From the NCBI GenBank assembly GCA_002104945.1, contig MCFH01000099.1, positions 13,208 through 77,207 of the forward strand: 64,000 bases of DNA, read 5' to 3'. The notes beneath the pieces are model-generated. The model saw nothing but the letters and a program-made list of their open reading frames with translations, did no database searches and was not told where the DNA came from. Origin of the DNA: Piromyces finnis finn. Lineage: Eukaryota > Fungi > Neocallimastigomycota. Shown here in pieces: positions 61,886 through 64,000 of the stretch (position 1 is its first letter; each line of letters begins with the position of its first letter). The translations under genes and the position numbers were made by a program.

Positions 61886-64000
61886 ACTATATAATACTGA
61901 AAAAAATAATAATAATGTGTATTTTTATTTTATTTCACTTTAAACCAACTGGAAAAATAAAAAAACTGAACAATTATGATTTTAAAATTTTAAACAACAT
62001 TATCTCTAATTTTATTATCTTTATGTATTAAAAGGTTAAATTACCCATTAACTTTTTAGATAGTTTATTTTTTTTTTTTTTTAAAAAAAAGTTAAATTAT
62101 TAGTAAACATATTTTTTTAATGTAGTAAATGATTATTTTAATAAAAGTACAATAATAATAAACAATTTCAAAGATTACATATAAAGAGTAAATTTAAAAG
62201 TATAAAAGATATTAAATAATAATATAATAGTAAAAAAAATGATCATAATATAATCCTAATTTATTATTATTAGTATTAATAACCATTTTAATATTAAAAG
62301 TATTAATCTTAACAATTATTATAATAATTAGTATTTATGTATTTTTTATTTTTTTTTAAAAAAAATTAGAAAAGCCATAAAAACAAAAAATATTATTATT
62401 ATTAAATAAAATTGATATAAATTTAAAGTTTAAACAAAACAAAAGATGAGCAAAAAAAAAAAAGAATGTCAATAATTTGCATGGTTTGTAGAAATGATAT
62501 TTTTTAAATAGTTAAAAAAAGAATAATTTATATTTTAATTTATATGAAATACTGAAAATCAACTAATAGGCATTTTTTTCCCCATAATATTGAATTTTAA
62601 TTAGTTTTTTTTTTTTATTTTTTATATTTATAAAATAGTCAAGTTTAATTAATATTAAAAAAACATAATATCTTTTTTTTTTTAATAAACACCTAGTATT
62701 TGTTTATGTATTGCTAGATACAGAATTAAAAATAAATAAATAAATAAATAAATCATTAAATAAATAATAATACATTTATCAATGATTATATATTTATTTT
62801 ATAAAATAAACTATTGAACAGTTATATACCACAACTAACCAAATATACGATTTAAAATTAATAATTAAAATTTAAAAAAAAAAAAAAAATGGTTTATTAA
62901 CTAATTAAAATATTTAATTATTTAAAGTTTTTTAATAACATATAAATAAATAGGAAAGTATCTTTATATTTTTTTTTAAAAAAAAAAATAAAAACCTTTT
63001 TGATTTTTTTTTTCTTTTTCTTTTTAATTTTAATACTAAGATTAAAAAAAAAAGAAATTACCAAAAAAATATAATAAAAAAAAACATTTTTATAAAGCAA
63101 TTAAAAAAAAAAACCTGTTTAAGGGAATAAAATAAAAAAATAGGTTTTATTTTTTTATTTAGTTTTAATAAAAAAAATAAAATTACAATATGTTTTAATA
63201 ATTAATACTATTAATTATTAAAATATACATATTTTTTTTATTTTACAAAAAGAATACTTAAAAAAGTAATAAAATATATAAAGTAAAAGAAGATTAAGTG
63301 CAAGTGACACACTGAATTGAATAATGTATATATTAAAAAAATTTAATTAATAATGCTATTTTTATTTTTGTTAATAACAAAAAATTAAATTAATTGAAAA
63401 AAGTGATAACTCTTTTAATTATTTCACCAAAAATATAGAAACATACAGTTTTTTTTTTAATATTTTATTAAAATAAATCATTTTTCAATAAAATATGAAA
63501 TATACCTAGTATAAAACATAGTATAGAAATAATAATGAACAATATAAACACCTACTATTTAAATACTATTGATATATACCTAAAAAGAAACAAAAAAAAG
63601 AGTATGAATCATCATCCAAATTAAAGATATTTAACTAATTAAAATTTTTCAACTCAGTTTCAAATAGATTAAATTTTATTAAAGTTTTTTTATTAATTAA
63701 ATTTTATATGAAAAAAGATCATTAAAATTGATAAAAGTTAAATATATTCAAAGTTAATAAAAAGTAATTCACCAAAAAAAGAAATATTAACATCTTATTA
63801 AAATTAAATATAAAATCAATAAATAATCAAAAGGATAACAACAACAACAACAACAACATTAAAAAACTTTTTATAATTTTAAAGTTAATTAATTAAGTTT
63901 ATATGGAAAATTAATAAATAGTCAAAAAGAAAGTATTAAAAACTAATTTAAATTAATTAGCAATGTTCATTTATTTTAAAAAGTTATATTTAATTTTTTA

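Overview
Extremely AT-rich, intron-rich eukaryotic DNA. The composition, long homopolymer and (AAT)n tracts, single-exon ankyrin gene and fungal housekeeping genes suggest an anaerobic gut fungus (Neocallimastigomycota); this is an inference. About 0.4-21.5 kb is one non-LTR retrotransposon family, with all copies on the minus strand. It comprises three intact single-ORF elements (putative RRM, APE endonuclease, RT, CCHC knuckle; 1497-1522 aa), several 5'-truncated copies and older relics. Three exact 13-bp target-site duplications (TSDs) show the copies are nested inside one another, not simply tandem. The two full-length copies start in a hairpin-rich ~123-bp 5' monomer, and one insertion carries 180 bp of foreign sequence. 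About 22-59.4 kb holds host genes: STM1/SERBP1-like, a novel repeat-domain type I surface protein, an ankyrin protein, a TMEM62-like metallophosphoesterase, RPS1, MO25, a split RING-CH ligase, an Iec1-like zinc finger and POT1. Exon structures were traced by eye, clades and families are not database-confirmed, and small non-coding features in the AT-rich stretches could have been missed.
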